64,000 nucleotides of DNA, taken from the NCBI GenBank assembly GCA_030704615.1, contig CM060733.1, positions 15,810,001-15,874,000 on the forward strand, read 5' to 3'. Numbering within the stretch: position 1 is the stretch's first letter; every line of letters starts with the position of its first letter. The notes beneath the pieces are model-generated. The model was not told the origin of the DNA. It did no database searches and was given only the letters and a program-made list of their open reading frames with translations. The position numbers and the translations under genes were made by a program. Below are positions 1 to 12,841 of this stretch, in pieces. This DNA is from Takakia lepidozioides (Eukaryota > Plantae > Bryophyta).

Positions 1-83
1 CCCTCATCCTCTGAGCTCTGTGGTGCATCAGTTCTACTATGCCTCTCAAAAATCTCGTCCTCTTGGGGGACTGTACACCTCAC

Positions 84-620
84 CTACTGGGAATCTTTTG
101 CATCTTCTCCCCCACTTTCCTCAGCTGAATCCAAGACAAATCTACGAGCCTGACGGGCTCTAATAGCTGCTGCCTCCTCCCTCATCTTCATTTTCTTGAG
201 GCTTGCCTCGTCTAAAATCTGTTGTACACGACTAGGTTCGGAACACCTCCTAATGGACACCGAAGCAAGCCGGGCAACATAAGTATGAAGGATGTAGTCC
301 CTTTCTGGACTAGGCATGAAATCCCCCCTGGCAAAAAAATGCACGTTCGTCCTGCCCATGAACTGCGGTGTAGACGTCCCTCCTACAGTACTTGGCATCC
401 TACAGTAAGAACAAATCCACTTGAAGAATGTCAATACCAGTAGAAGCGAAAACGGTCTTTCAATGAAATAAAAGAGCGAGGGGAGGTGCCTCACAAAATC
501 AGGAGGCAACTTACAATGCGACCACTCACTCGTAAACCATTTTCGGCACCATTTTCCTAGGTTGGGCCCGGAAATGGCTAAGTCCCAGAACTGACTGGGC
601 GCGGAACTAGAAAATGGCAC
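84..620 (-). pseudogene. Second gene of the MULE-like element (unknown function), prematurely stopped in this copy
   Basis: Near-identical to ORF 45305-46060 of copy 2 but stops after ...DSQ, where copy 2 continues into an acidic tail. Confidence 0.5.
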
Positions 621-1586
621 CGAATTTCCGGTTGCGGTTCCAGCACACCTAGGGACTTAGCCATTTTCGGGGCCTTGAACTAGAAAAATGGCGCCATTTT
701 TCCAGTTCGGGGCCGAAAATGGCTAAGTCCCAGATCTGACTGGGCCCAGAACTGGAAAAATGGCGCCGAATTTCCGATTTTGGTGCCAGTCAGATCTGGG
801 ACTTAGCCATTTTCGGCCCCGAACAAGAAAAATGGCGTTTTTTTTTTTTTTTTTTTTTTTTTTTCGGCGCCATTTTTCCAGTTCGGGGCCGAAAATGGCT
901 AAGTCCCAGATCTGACTGGGTCCGGAACTAAAAAAATGGCGCCGAATTTCCGATTTTGCTGCCAGCCACCCTAAGGACTTAGCCATTTTCGGCCCCGAAC
1001 TGGAAAAATGGCGCCATTTTTCCAGTTCGGGGCCAAAAATGGCTAAGTCCCAGATCTGACAGGGCGCGGAACTGGAAAAATGCGCCGAATTTCCGGTTGC
1101 GGTTCTAGCCACCTTAGGGACTTAGCCATTTTCGGGGCCTTAAACTGGAAAATGGCGCCATTTTTCCATTTCGGGGCCGAAAATGGCTTAGTCCCAGATC
1201 TGATACGGCGCGGAACAGGAAAAATGGTGCCGAATTTCCAGTTGCGGTTCCAGCCACCGTAGGGACTTAGCCATTTTCGGGGCCCTGAACTGGAAAAATG
1301 ACGTCATTTTTCCATTTCGAGGCCGAAATGACTAAGTCAGATCTGACTGGGCCCAGAACTGGAAAAAATGGCGGCGAATTTCCGATTTTGGTGCCAGTCA
1401 GATCTGGGACTTAGCCGTTTTCGGCCCCCAAATGGAAAAATGGCGTTGTTTTTTTTTTTTTTTTTAAAAAAAAATTATTATATTTGTTTTGTTTTTTCGG
1501 AGCCATTTTTCCAGTTCGGGGCCGAAAATGGCTAAGTCCCAAATCTGACTGGCACCAAACTCGGAAATTCGCCGCCATTTTTCCAG
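540..1586. repeat. Array of alternating inverted units forming ~76-bp palindromes centred on GGCGCC
   Basis: For example 975-1050, GGACTTAGCCATTTTCGGCCCCGAACTGGAAAAATGGCGCCATTTTTCCAGTTCGGGGCCAAAAATGGCTAAGTCC, is self-complementary with one mismatch. Confidence 0.9.
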
Positions 1587-2480
1587 TCATGCAGGTAATT
1601 CGAAGAGCGGATGGATGGAAATCCGGCGCCGGATTTCCATCCGCAGGTTAGTCGGTGCGCAAAATTTCCGCCATGCAGGTAATTCGAAGAGCGGATGGAT
1701 GGAAATCCGGCGCCGGATTTCCATCCTCCAGGTAAGTCGGCGCTGCAAATTTCTGTCATGCAGGTTACTTGTGAGCGGATGGAAGGAAATCCGGCGCATG
1801 ATTTCCATCCGCCAGGTACAAAACTTCCGTCATGCAGGTAATTCGGAGTGCGGATGGATGGAAATCCGGCGACGGATTTCCATCCTCCAGGTAAGTCGGC
1901 GCGCAAAATATCCGTCATGCAGGTAATTCGAAGAGCGGATGGATGGAAATCCGGCGCCGGATTTCCATCCGCCAGCTAAGTCGGCGCGCAAAATTTCCGT
2001 CATGCTCGAAGAGCGGATGGATGGAAATCTGGCGCCGGATTTCCATCCGCCAGGTAGGTCGGCGCGCAAAATTTCCATCATGCAGGTAATTCGGAGCGCG
2101 GATGGATGGCAATCCGGCGCCGGATTTCCATCCTCCAGGTAAGTCGGCACTGCAAATTTCCGTCATGCAGGTAATTCGAAGAGCGGATGGATGGAAATCC
2201 GGCGCCGAATTTCCATCCTGTAGATAACTCGGAGCGCCGAATTTCCGTCAGGCAGGTAATTCGAAGGGCGGATGGATGGAAATCCGGCGCCGAATTTCCA
2301 TCCTGCAGGTAACTCGGAGCGCCGAATTTCCGTCATGCAGGTAATTCGGAGAGCAGATGGATGGAAATCCGGTGCCGAATTTCCATCCTGCAAGTAATTT
2401 GGAGCCCGGATGGACGGAAATCCGGCGCCGAATTTCCATCCGCCAGGTAAGTCGAAACGCCGAATTACCATCCTGCAAGT
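1587..2480. repeat. Tandem array, ~85-bp unit, about 10 copies, each with the palindrome GATGGAAATCCGGCGCCGGATTTCCATC
   Basis: The unit start (consensus CATGCAGG) recurs at 1588, 1672, 1757, 1831, 1916, 2001, 2079, 2164, 2249 and 2334. Confidence 0.9.
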
Positions 2481-2589
2481 AATTCTGAGCGTGGCCGCTA
2501 GGTTTTTGGTCTAAAAAGACACTAAACCTTTAGTTTTTTGGCTGAAGTCCACTTTTAGACACGTTTTTCAGGGAATTCTCGACTGCTAG

Positions 2590-3720
2590 GGGGAAATCCG
2601 AACGGCCCCGGACGGAAATTCGGCGTCGTTTTTCCATCCTGGGAGGTTTTTATGTCGGCCTGTTTTCAGCCAGACCCCCTGACACGACTTCCTTTGGGGG
2701 GGCCCGGATGGAAATTCGGCGCCGAATTTCCATTCGGGGGATGCTTTCTGTCGGACAGGTGCCGGCCTCTCCGCCCGAAGCGACTTCATCCGGGCGTCCT
2801 TTGTTGGAAATTCGGTGCCGAATTTCCGTCCAGGGGTTGTAATTTGACGGCCAGGTGCCGCCCTCCCCCCCCGAGCCGACTGCATCCGAACAGCCCCGGA
2901 TGGAAATTCGGCGCCGTTTTTCCATCTGGGGAGGTTTTTATGTCGGCCACTTTTCGGCCTGAGCCCCCGACAAGACTTCCTTTGTGGGGGCCCGGATGGA
3001 AATTCGGCGCCGAATTTCCATCCGGGAGATGCTCTCTGTCGGACAGGTGTCGGCCTCTCCGCCCCAGGCGACTTCATCCGGGCGTCCCCTGTTGGATATT
3101 CGGTGCCGAATTTCCGTCCGGGGGTTGTAATTTGACGGCCAGGTGCCGACCTCTCCCCCAGAGCCGACTGCATCCGAACGGCCCCGGATGGAAATTCAGC
3201 GCTGTTTTTCCATTCGGGGAGGTTTTTATGTCGGCCAGTTTTCGGCCTAACCCCCCGACAGGACTTCCTTTGGGGGGGCCCGGACGGAAATTCGACGCCG
3301 AATTTCCATCCGGGGGATGCTCTCTGTCGGACAGGTGCCGGCCTCTCCGCCCGAGGCGACTTCATCCGGGCGTCCCCTGTTGGATATTCGGTGCCAATTT
3401 TCCGTCCGGGGGTTGTAATGTGACGGCCAGGTGCCGGCCTCTCCCCCGGGCCGACTGCATCCAAACGGCCCCGGATGAAAATTCGGTGCCGTTTTTCCAT
3501 CCGGGGAGGTTTTTATGTCGGCCAGTTTTCGGCCTGACCCCCCGACATGACTTCCTTTGGGGTCCCGGATGGAAATTCGGCTTTGAATTTCCATCCGGGG
3601 GATGTTCTCTGTCGGACAGGTGCCGGCCTCTCTGCCCCAGGCGACTTCATCCGTGCGGCCCCGGTTGGATATTCGGTGCCGAATTTCCATTCGGGGGGTA
3701 GTAATGTGACGGCACGGTGC
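2590..3720. repeat. Tandem array, 288-bp unit, about 4 copies, each with three GGAAATTCGGCGCCGAATTTCC-type palindromes
   Basis: AGGTTTTTATGTCGGCC recurs at 2644, 2932, 3220 and 3507. Confidence 0.9.
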
Positions 3721-3877
3721 CGGCTTCTCCCCTTCAGCCGACATCATCCGGACGGCCCCCCCCCTTTCTGACTGCATACCGTTGGCAAGTATTGCGCAAA
3801 GACCAGGGGCCACATTCCGGAGACAAGGTTCATTAACACTCTGACTGTGGGATTTTGAGATAGTTGGCTCCCTGGAT

Positions 3878-5739
3878 TTGGATCAGGCTTCGTCGTTCGG
3901 ACAAATCGGCACCGCATTCCTTCCCATTGCTGCATCCCCCTTCTACCAGGGAGCTTGCCCGCACGCCATCCTGGAGAGATCTTGTGGATTCCATTTTCTG
4001 CAGAGTCTTTCGCAGTACACAACCAGGCTCGTGGCGCCAGATTTCAGAGAGAAGCTCCGTTCCATGTGTCTTGCGTGGAAGCGCGCTCCCACCTTGGATG
4101 ATGCAGAGACACAGTTTGCATGTATACGGGCTTGGTGGACATCGTCAGGTGCTGTAAGGAAATCAGACGAGGGAGCAATGGTCAGTTGGCTAGCATGGTG
4201 GCATTATCGTTTCCTCCAGTTCGGCGACTATATGCGGGAGGTGAGTTGCACGAATTCGCGTCTCGTTGAATATTATTCTTGGCATTATTTGTAACTTGCT
4301 TGTAACCTCAACATGTGCTTGTGCAGAAAATGTGTCTCGACTCCGACACCGACATGCCCACGACAAACATGGCCGAATCAGTGCACTCTTCCTGGCGTGC
4401 CTCCTCTGCGGGCATCTGGTGGACATCCTCACTGCCACAACGGAGGACATTGTGAGGTCAACTATGCAGCAAAGCAGGTAACGAGTTCTTGAAAGGGAAA
4501 CAGTGGGGCTTGGGGCCGGACAGGCAGGAAATGCTGATGCGGACTACCTCCAAATCGAAGAATCCTTGGAAGTGGGCGGCAGCCTTGCGAGAGGGCCTTC
4601 AGGACACGCCATTGCTTCGAAGAGGCCAACATTTGGAAGGAGATGTTCATACCCGTCCAGTGAGACGAAGACTTGACGAGGCACCTGGCGGAGAAGAGGA
4701 TTCATGGCGAGCTGACAAGAATATTCGCACGCTCCCTCGTGGTCTTGTGATGTTGCCCGAGGAGGTCTCGTCGAGCACCGCAAGTCCTGCACGTTCAAGA
4801 TCGCCATCTCCTTTGAGCAGGGCGCGTGCCCGGCAACATAACGAGCCATCTGTAGTAAAGCAATACAACATTCCCATTGTGGAGACAAGAGTGTCGGAGT
4901 CACAGTGGAGAATTGCGAGGACATTGTCGGCATTTTGAGGGAAGTGCTGTGCCATCCGGGTGGATACGAGAGCACGCTGTGGTGAGATGATTCGGAGGAA
5001 CCCACACGGTGTTGTACCTGCACCTTGTTTCAGCGGCAGATTTTTGACTCTCACATTTGCTCACGCCACAACGTAGACATTTTGGTTCTGTAGGCACGAC
5101 ATAATGACCTGTGTATTTGGCAAGCCCAAGTACGAGATTCAGGGAATGCTGGAGCCTCCGGGCGTCTGGCCTGTTGCACCGGGTTGCAGCCTCTCTCAGA
5201 ATGAGGCGGATGCTCTATCTGCAGCAGGATTTCGAATGGTGCAACGCACAGACGTCCCGGCCCACGCATTTCCGGTTCCTCAGACCCAGCCATTGCAGAC
5301 TGCTCAGTCCAGTAGAGACGGATTAGACAATTCTGGACATCCCACAATGCGATTCGGAAGAGTGAAGAGACGACACCCTCCCAACAAGTTGAATGAGACT
5401 CGGATTGCCAATGCTCTTGGGATGGCTTGCACTATTCAGAGCTCCGTGGACATACCTCCACCCGGCCTTGGGCGTGTTTATCGGATGGCAACGGCCGGCT
5501 CTGCTGTACGCGACGATGTATACACAATTACGATTGGAGTGGAGCCGACTTGCAATTGTACGGACTTCTCGTTGATGGAAGCAAAGAAGGGTTCAAAGTA
5601 TTATCCGTGCAAGCATCTGTATTACATTTACCTGAAGAGGTTGAGGATGAACGTGACTATTGATGACTTTATTCATGCACCGGCCTTGAGCGTGAACGAG
5701 CTGCACAAACTCCTCCTTAGGGATTCCAGAAATCATTGA
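3878..5739 (+). pseudogene. Degraded MULE-type DDE transposase, C-terminal half, with SWIM zinc finger
   Basis: CxxH motif ERSCGFHFLQSL (3983-3994). An in-frame GT-AG intron at 4241-4326 leads to PTTNMAESVHSSW (third catalytic Glu region). SWIM CNCTD...CKH at 5551-5616. Stops and frameshifts are present. Confidence 0.75.
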
Positions 5740-6446
5740 TGGGGCAAAGGGAATCCTCCATATGGATATTTTCAATTGCATTTTCATGTATCAGACTTTT
5801 TTTTTGCAGTGTAATGAAATGCACCCCAAAACTCCTGGAATGAGGCAATATTCCATTCAAACTGAGATCCAACAGTAGTTGTGGGGCCATTTCTGGAAAA
5901 ATGGCGCCGAATTTCTCTATTTTGGGCCGAAAACTGGCTAAGTCCCAACATGCACTGGTACCCGTGTTTGGAAAAATGGCGCCGAATTTCCAGTTACATG
6001 GCCCAGAACTGCCCAACATCTGTGCAATCCCCGGCACCATGTACCGAAATTCGGCGCCACATTTCCAAATTTTGGGCTTACACACCTGTCATGAGGGGAC
6101 CTATAGCCGCGGAATTCGGCACCATTTTTCGCCAGAGAGACCTATTACCGCGAAATACATCGCGGTTTTTTCCGGTTACGGACCCTATTACCGCGAAATT
6201 CGGCGCCATTTTTGCACATATCGCTGGGAATTGGCATGAGCGTAAGACGAAATATGATGAGCACAACTCTCAAAACTACAATTTTCCCTTCAAGGTGCCG
6301 AATAATATATTTGTTTTTTCTGACACATTGCATTAAATTAATGTTTTATAATGTTTTTTATTTTCGAAATTTGTACTTCTGCTCATGAAAACCGATTGTC
6401 TTGCTACTCCGCTCATGCCGCTCATGCTCATGAAATAGCTAACCTC

Positions 6447-8003
6447 TCCAGTTGCATCTCCCATGTAGAGGCCCAAGTGTCCAGTGTCATCTAAGCCCAA
6501 GTGCAATCTCCTACGTATCCAAGGGTGTCTCCCATGTGCATCTCCTATCTCCTATGTATCCAAGTTCGTCTCCCATGTCAAGGCCCCATTTTTTTTTTTC
6601 ATGAATTTATTGAGTAGTAATTATCCAATCATTATTGATATATCTCCCGTCTCTAGGGTAGCCTGTGCCATTGGCCCAAGTGTCCAATGTCATCTAAGTC
6701 CAAATGCATTTTTGTCCACATAGCCTGCATCCAAATTTGAGCCGGAGACCTTTCCCTTGATACCTCTCCTGTCGAGGCTCCAACCATTGTCCCAAGAATG
6801 CCCACTTTGCTATTTTCATGAATTTCCAACGACCCAAAGTACTTGAAATTCCACATCTCCCACACCGCAGGTCCAAAAATCGTGAGACCAAGCCTGTGCA
6901 CCCCTCCTCGTTGAGGGCTTTCCAACGGTACCAAGCACCAGGGCTGGGCCCCCGCGGTTTGGGACATCTCAACGCTACAAAACAAAACAAAACAAACAAA
7001 CGAGCTTCCTTCATATATTGACTAGGGTAGCCTGTGCCGTTGGCCCAAGCGTCCAGTGTCATCTAAGTCATCTAATCTCCTAATGTCATGGGCCCATGTG
7101 TGAAGAATTGAAATCTAAGCCCAAGTGCAATCTCCTATGTATCCAAGTGCTTCTCCCATGTGGAGGCCCAAGTGCGACCTCCAGTGTCCAATGTCATCTA
7201 AATCCAAGTGCAATCCCAAAGCCCGCTTTGCTATTTTTGCAATATCCATGTCGAGGCTTCATATATTGAAATATCCACTATGCTAATTTCCGCCAATTTC
7301 CAGCGACCAAAAGTACTTGAAATTCCATATCTCCCACTTGAGGGGCCAATCATTGCTCCAAGAAAGTCCAGGAAAGCCCACTTTGCTATTTTTTGCGAAT
7401 TTCGAGTGGCCAAAAGTACTTGAAATTCCGTATCTCCTAGGGTTCCCTGTGCCGTTGGCCCAAGTGTCCAGTGTCATCTAAGTCCAAGTGCAATCCCTAT
7501 GTATCAAATCTCCTATGCCGAGGCCCAAATGCAACCTCTAGGGTAGCCTTTGCCGTTGGCCCAAGTGTCCAATGTCATCTAAGTAAGTTTTTTTCCATAG
7601 AGCCTACGACCGGAGATATTTCCCTTGATATCTCTCCCGTCGAGGCTCCAACCATTGTCCAAGGAATGCCCACTTTGCCATTTTGCTTTTTTTTTTGTGA
7701 ATTTCCAGCGACCAAAAGTACTTGAAATCCCAAATCTCCCATGTGAAGGGCCAATCACTGCTCCATGAAAGCCCACTTTGCTATTTTCTCGAATTTCCAG
7801 CAACCAAAAGTACTCAGAATTCCACATCTCCCACACCGCGGGTCCAAAAATCATGAGACCAAGCCGGTGCACCCCTCCTCATCGAGGGCTTTCCAACGGC
7901 ACCAAGCACCGGAGCTGGGGCCCCGCGGTTTGGGAGATCTCAACGACGCTACAAACAAAACAAACAAAACAAAACAAAACAAACATCTTGCTTCATATAT
8001 TGA
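6447..8003 (-). mobile_element. Non-autonomous Helitron-like elements in head-to-tail array
   Basis: Minus-strand 5' end A|TCAATATATGAAG at 8003 and again at 7021. The 3' ends with hairpin GCC-AAC-GGC plus CTAG lie at 7538, 7437, 7022 and 6653. A CTAG|TC junction is at 7020-7025. Confidence 0.7.
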
Positions 8004-8449
8004 TATCTAAAAATTCATAGTCATTAAATGAGTAGTTAAAACAACTGTGTGGGACAAGGTTCTCTAAAGGTGCAGCATACTGACTAGCAAACCTCAGTGA
8101 CTCAAAACTCAATGATAGAATGGAAAACTCAAGGTTTCAATGAACATCAAAAGTGGACTCTATTGCTCGTCATGTTTGGTTTTGAACAATATCGACCACA
8201 TTTAATCATCTTCCTACCTCTCATACATGATATGCTTCAACCTTCTCAGTGATCTAGGAAGAAGATATTTATCATTTGTGAAACTTAACAAAGACAAGCA
8301 AATCCATGCAGTTGTCATTGATGAAATAAAATGGTACTTATCACGTCCGCAGAAAGCTCAAATATATATTTTAAATTACATGAATTTAAAATATAATTGT
8401 GGAGTCGCTAGTGAAGTTGTTGAAATCACTTACAATTCTAACAATTTAT

Positions 8450-10087
8450 ACAGGGTTCTACAGCGAAGGGATCAAACAACTTCGTCTCGCAGCGTCTTGA
8501 TGGAGATTATTGAATGCCTACCAAATGACCAAGGCTGTTGCTCTACTCACAAACCCTGGATTGACATGAAGCTTCCCACCTCGGGGTTCTACGCAAGTCG
8601 TCATATATCTGCAGGCACGCCCGAACAGAAGCCCTCACTCAGACCCTACAGGGACCTTCTCAATATGTTGAAGTTAGCATCTGCAGCAGCTGCCCACTTG
8701 TCAAAAACAAGAAGTCCACCAATGAAGTCGTATCTAAACCACCCCACGATTCCACAATGGTAACTGAGGAAGGTATGGAGTGATTCAAGCCCCAACTATT
8801 CCACTTTGAATGATTCAGGGGCAATACCACCAGGGAACATGACAACGCTTCCGTTTACAAATCAGCAGTGTGTAGAGTACCGACTGTCCAACGCATAGTC
8901 CTAAGGTCTCAGAAGCAAGGCACCCGTCAATTCCACTCCAGAGAAACACCCCTTATGGATCGTCGTCCATAGTACTCTTGCTTATGAACGTTGAACTGGA
9001 AGGTGTCTCTTTAGTAACAACGCAGGTATACCCGCTATGCCTTCTTTGCTATATTCTGTCCCCAACGGAGAACAGCCCGCCACCGACTCTGGAGTGTTAC
9101 GTTTCACTGACTCCGCAGCCCCTCTGTCTGCAATCCCCCCCCCCCAGCTGGGTCACTCACGGCCAAGACACCAGAATTGCAGCCCCTGGTGATAACCGCT
9201 TTATCAACCTTACCAATGTGTCACTGCACCAGGCAACATTTACAGATTATGCGCACGCAACAGAAGCCACCACAACTGGGATCCTCAACGTGCCCTATCC
9301 CGAGAGCTCCTCGAAGACCGATACCTGCCAGGGATCCCTGTTTTGGAACTCTACTCGGATTTTTACCGCTAAGCAGATGCTGGGGGATAAGTCTTTTTGG
9401 CTCAACACCCATCCCAACGATTTTCATTTCATGATGGCCACATTTGGCTCTAGGGCTTTCCTGAGAGCTAATCTCCCTCATGGTCACTCTCCCCATCAAT
9501 ACCTCTGATTCACAACCATGGATGCTGGTTTAAGGGAAGAGTCCAGCAGGACTGTCACTACTACTCTTGATGCAGCATGGGTAGGTTCGTGCCCAAAACC
9601 TACACTTCGCTGGTTGGGTTTAAATGTGCACACATTTGCCAAGGGAGGCTCCTGGCGTAGTGGTTCTGGGCAGACTTACACGAGGGCAACCCTGGCTGAT
9701 TCAATGGCCTGCAGTATTGGCAACGATTGTGACTCCGAATTATGCCTGACAATTAAATTATCTACCCCTTACTCATTGGCTTCAGCAACATGAGGTTACA
9801 CACATCTGAAGACACTTGTTGTATACGAGTACACCGCTGAAACCCCCACGGCTAGGAGTCACAATGAGACCAGTCCCCCGAGCTCTTTAAAGGTAGATAC
9901 TCAGCAAGGGCCCGAGTTTTGTGACACAACCTGGATACCCACCGCTGGCCAGGGGCTATGGGAGAAGTCTTTTTGGCATTCCCCCCAGCCTAAAGATCCT
10001 CAACACAGTCTGGCCTCATGCGGCGTTGGGACAGCCATGCGAGCAACTCTCCCCTGTGGTCACCCTCTCCCTCAAGACCTCAGTTAT
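8450..10087 (+). pseudogene. Degraded gene of unknown family with an internally duplicated ~192-aa domain
   Basis: ORFs 8978-9508 and 9518-9793 and their continuation share one frame broken by single stops. An ungapped 64-aa repeat (KSFW..P.D...RA.LP.GH) starts at 9314 and 9890, with many synonymous differences. Confidence 0.5.
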
Positions 10088-12260
10088 AGCGACCTTTCAG
10101 AGAGTGATAAGTGAATCTTTTCATGAGTATCTGGATGATTTCATGCACGTGTTTTTGGATGATTTCAGTGTGTACAGCTCTAAGAGTGAGCACTTGCATA
10201 AATTGGAGTTATGTTTGGCCAGATGCAGGATGAGAGGTCTGGGCCTGAATCCAGAGAAGTGTACTTTCTGTGTGAACTCAGGGGTGCTTCTGGGACACAT
10301 TGTGTGTAAGAAGGGACTCCTTGTGGATCCCAGGAAGACAGAGTCCATTAAAGCATCTCCACCCCCAGTGAATGTTAAAAGTCTACGAAGATTCCTTGGG
10401 CAAACCAGTTATTACAGAAGATTTGTCAAAAGGTATGCACAAATAGCAGCACCATTGAGCAAGCTTCTGAAGAAAGATGCAGTGTTTGCCTGGACAGCTG
10501 AATGTCAACATGCGTTTGAGGAACTTACACTGTCAGTAACAACTACACCTGTGCTGATTAACCCCCACTGGCATGTAGTAGTATTTCATGTTCACTGCGA
10601 TGCATCAGGAGAAGCGTTGGGTGCGGTGTTAGCCCAGAATGTTACAGGGAATATAGATTCACCTGTGTACTATGCTAGCCGGTTGATGAACAGTGCTGAG
10701 AGGAACTATAGCACAACGGAAAGAGAAGCATTGGCAATGATTTATGCAGTCAAGAAATTCAGGCATTACCTATTGGGAAGAAAGTTTATGTTTTATGTGG
10801 ATCACTAGGCTCTGATATATCTGGTGAACAAACCTTTGATAAGTGGAAGGATAGCGAGGTGGTTAATAATCTTGCATGAGTTTGAGTTCGAGGTTATTTA
10901 CAAGCCTGGCCGTTTGCATCTTGTGGCAGATCATTTGTCACGACTAACAACAGGAGAGGCCGCCACAGGAGTGGACGATCAGTTACCTGATGCGAGTTTA
11001 TTTATAATGGAGGTGCAAGGAAGTGCAGATGAATGGTTAGATTGGCAGTGGCCAATCAGATACTACCTTGCTCATGGTCAGTGCCACCTAGTTATGGTAA
11101 GGAGCAGAGGAAGAGAATTGCTATCAAAGCTTTACCTTATACTATGGTAGGAAGCAGAATGTATAAGTTAGGACCTGATGGAGTACTAAAACGATGCTTG
11201 TACCACCATGAAGTAAATAAAGTCGGATGAAGTTCATAAAGGAGTGGCTGGAGGTCATTTTGGAGAAGAGACTACCAGTAGAAGATACTACTCGCAGGAT
11301 ACTGGTGGCCTACTTTGTTCAAAGATGTACATGAGTATTGTCAGAAGTGTGATGAATGTCAGAGGCTAGGACCTTTGCAGAGATCTGGAAGGATGGCCTT
11401 GCATCCTACAATGCCTATGGAACCATTTCAGAAATGGGGGGACTAGACTTTGTTGGACCAATTAATCCACCATCCAAGAATACACGAAACAGGTACATAA
11501 TTACAGCCACTGATTATACTACAAAGTGGGTGGAAGCTAAAGCTTTGAGGGACAACACAGCCAAGTCCACAGCAAGGTTCCTGTACGAGAACATACTTAA
11601 CGATTTGGCTGTCCCTTAGAATTTATCAGTGATCAAGGAAGTCACTTCATGAATGAGACCATTGAGTTGTTGACTAAAGAGTTTATGATTGTGCATAGAA
11701 AGAGTACAACATATTACCCGCAGGGTAATGGGCAGGCAGAGGCTACCAACAAATATTATGTACTATCTTGGCTAAGATAGTCAATGCAAACAGAACGGAT
11801 TGGGATACAAAGCTGCTGACAGCTTTATGGTCATACAGGACTTCATATAAAGTCACCACTAAGTATACACCATTCCAATTAGTTTATGGTATGGAAGCCT
11901 TACTTCCAGTGGAATTCCTGTTACCATGAGAACGGAGTGGGGAAAAAGAATGGATTGCAAGACTCCATCAAGGTCAGGAAACATGAATTATACCATGTGG
12001 AAGAAGTACGTGCTGATGCAGCTGATAATATGACCAGAATTCAGATGAAGCGAAAGGAACAGTTTGATGAAGGCAAGTTAAAGACTTTTAAGACGGGGGA
12101 TTTGGTTCTATGGTTGCAGAAGAAAGGAAAGATTCAAGCTTCTAAGCTTAAATCACCGTGGAAAGGACCTTATGTCATACAAAAGATGTATGATAACAAC
12201 ACCGCTATGTTACAAACCATTAACAAAGAAATGCTGGGGAAGAGTCAAAAATAAGTTGAA
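10088..12260 (+). pseudogene. pol (RT C-terminal part, RNase H, integrase), frameshifted
   Basis: ATFQR, FLDDFSV, CDASG, NYSTTEREAL, GGHFG...YWWPTL...CDECQR, LDFVGP, SDQGSHF, YYPQGNGQAE and WKGPY motifs. Confidence 0.92.
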
Positions 12261-12409
12261 GGGTTACAGTGGTATCCATGACAAACCCCTGCAGCATGAT
12301 TTGCATATAGAACGCAAGAACAGTCACGGGCTGCACCAGTGTTACGAACGGAGTATGGAACACTTGTTGCTAGGCCCAGCATATACGACCAGGGTGGACA
12401 AAACAAACG

Positions 12410-12650
12410 GGACACAGCCAACCACAGCCCATCACGTGACACAAGCCAACCACAGCCCATCACGACGTGACACAGCCAACCACAGCCCCAGCAAGGCGAA
12501 ACACAGCCTATCACAGCCCAGCACGGCGCAACACAGCCTATAACAACCTACCACAGCGTGTCACAGCCTATCACAGCTTACCACAGTGCATCACAGCCTA
12601 TCACAGGGTAACACAGTATGACACAGCCTGTCACAGCTCAACACAGCCTA
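12410..12650 (+). repeat. (CACAGCC)-type minisatellite between pol and the extra ORF
   Basis: Degenerate CACAGCC/CACAGCCTAT repeats. The same motif occurs in both LTRs. Confidence 0.8.
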
Positions 12651-12841
12651 CTAAAGTTACACCATCCATAGAATCAGTGGCAAGTGGACACATAATAACT
12701 TCAGGAAAATGGATGACGGAAGAGGAAACGGAAATTACTTTAAAAATAGACACGTGGAGGTCAGGGCGCGACACACAGCAGACAATGAAGTGCAAGAACA
12801 GGTGTCAAAAAGAAAGAAGACAAGAACGGCCGTGAAAAGGG

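Larger units (their letters stand above)
1..6446 (+). mobile_element. MULE/Mutator-like DNA transposon, copy 1 (non-autonomous deletion derivative; left end outside the window)
   Basis: Right terminus ...GCTCATGAAATAGCTAACCTC (6446) with CATGAGC subterminal repeats. Its reverse complement aligns with the TIR/TSD-bounded copy at 42357-46281. It contains DDE-transposase and SWIM remnants. Confidence 0.8.

Noticed and set aside
540-3720. CRISPR-like array of palindromic repeats
   Set aside because: The intervening sequences are themselves repeated (85- and 288-bp periods), there are no cas genes, and the context is a eukaryotic transposon.
1532-3813. Long ORFs across the repeat arrays (e.g. 349 aa and 304 aa; also 44187-45242)
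   Set aside because: They are a by-product of GC-rich palindromic repeats with a 288-bp period; several frames are open on both strands.
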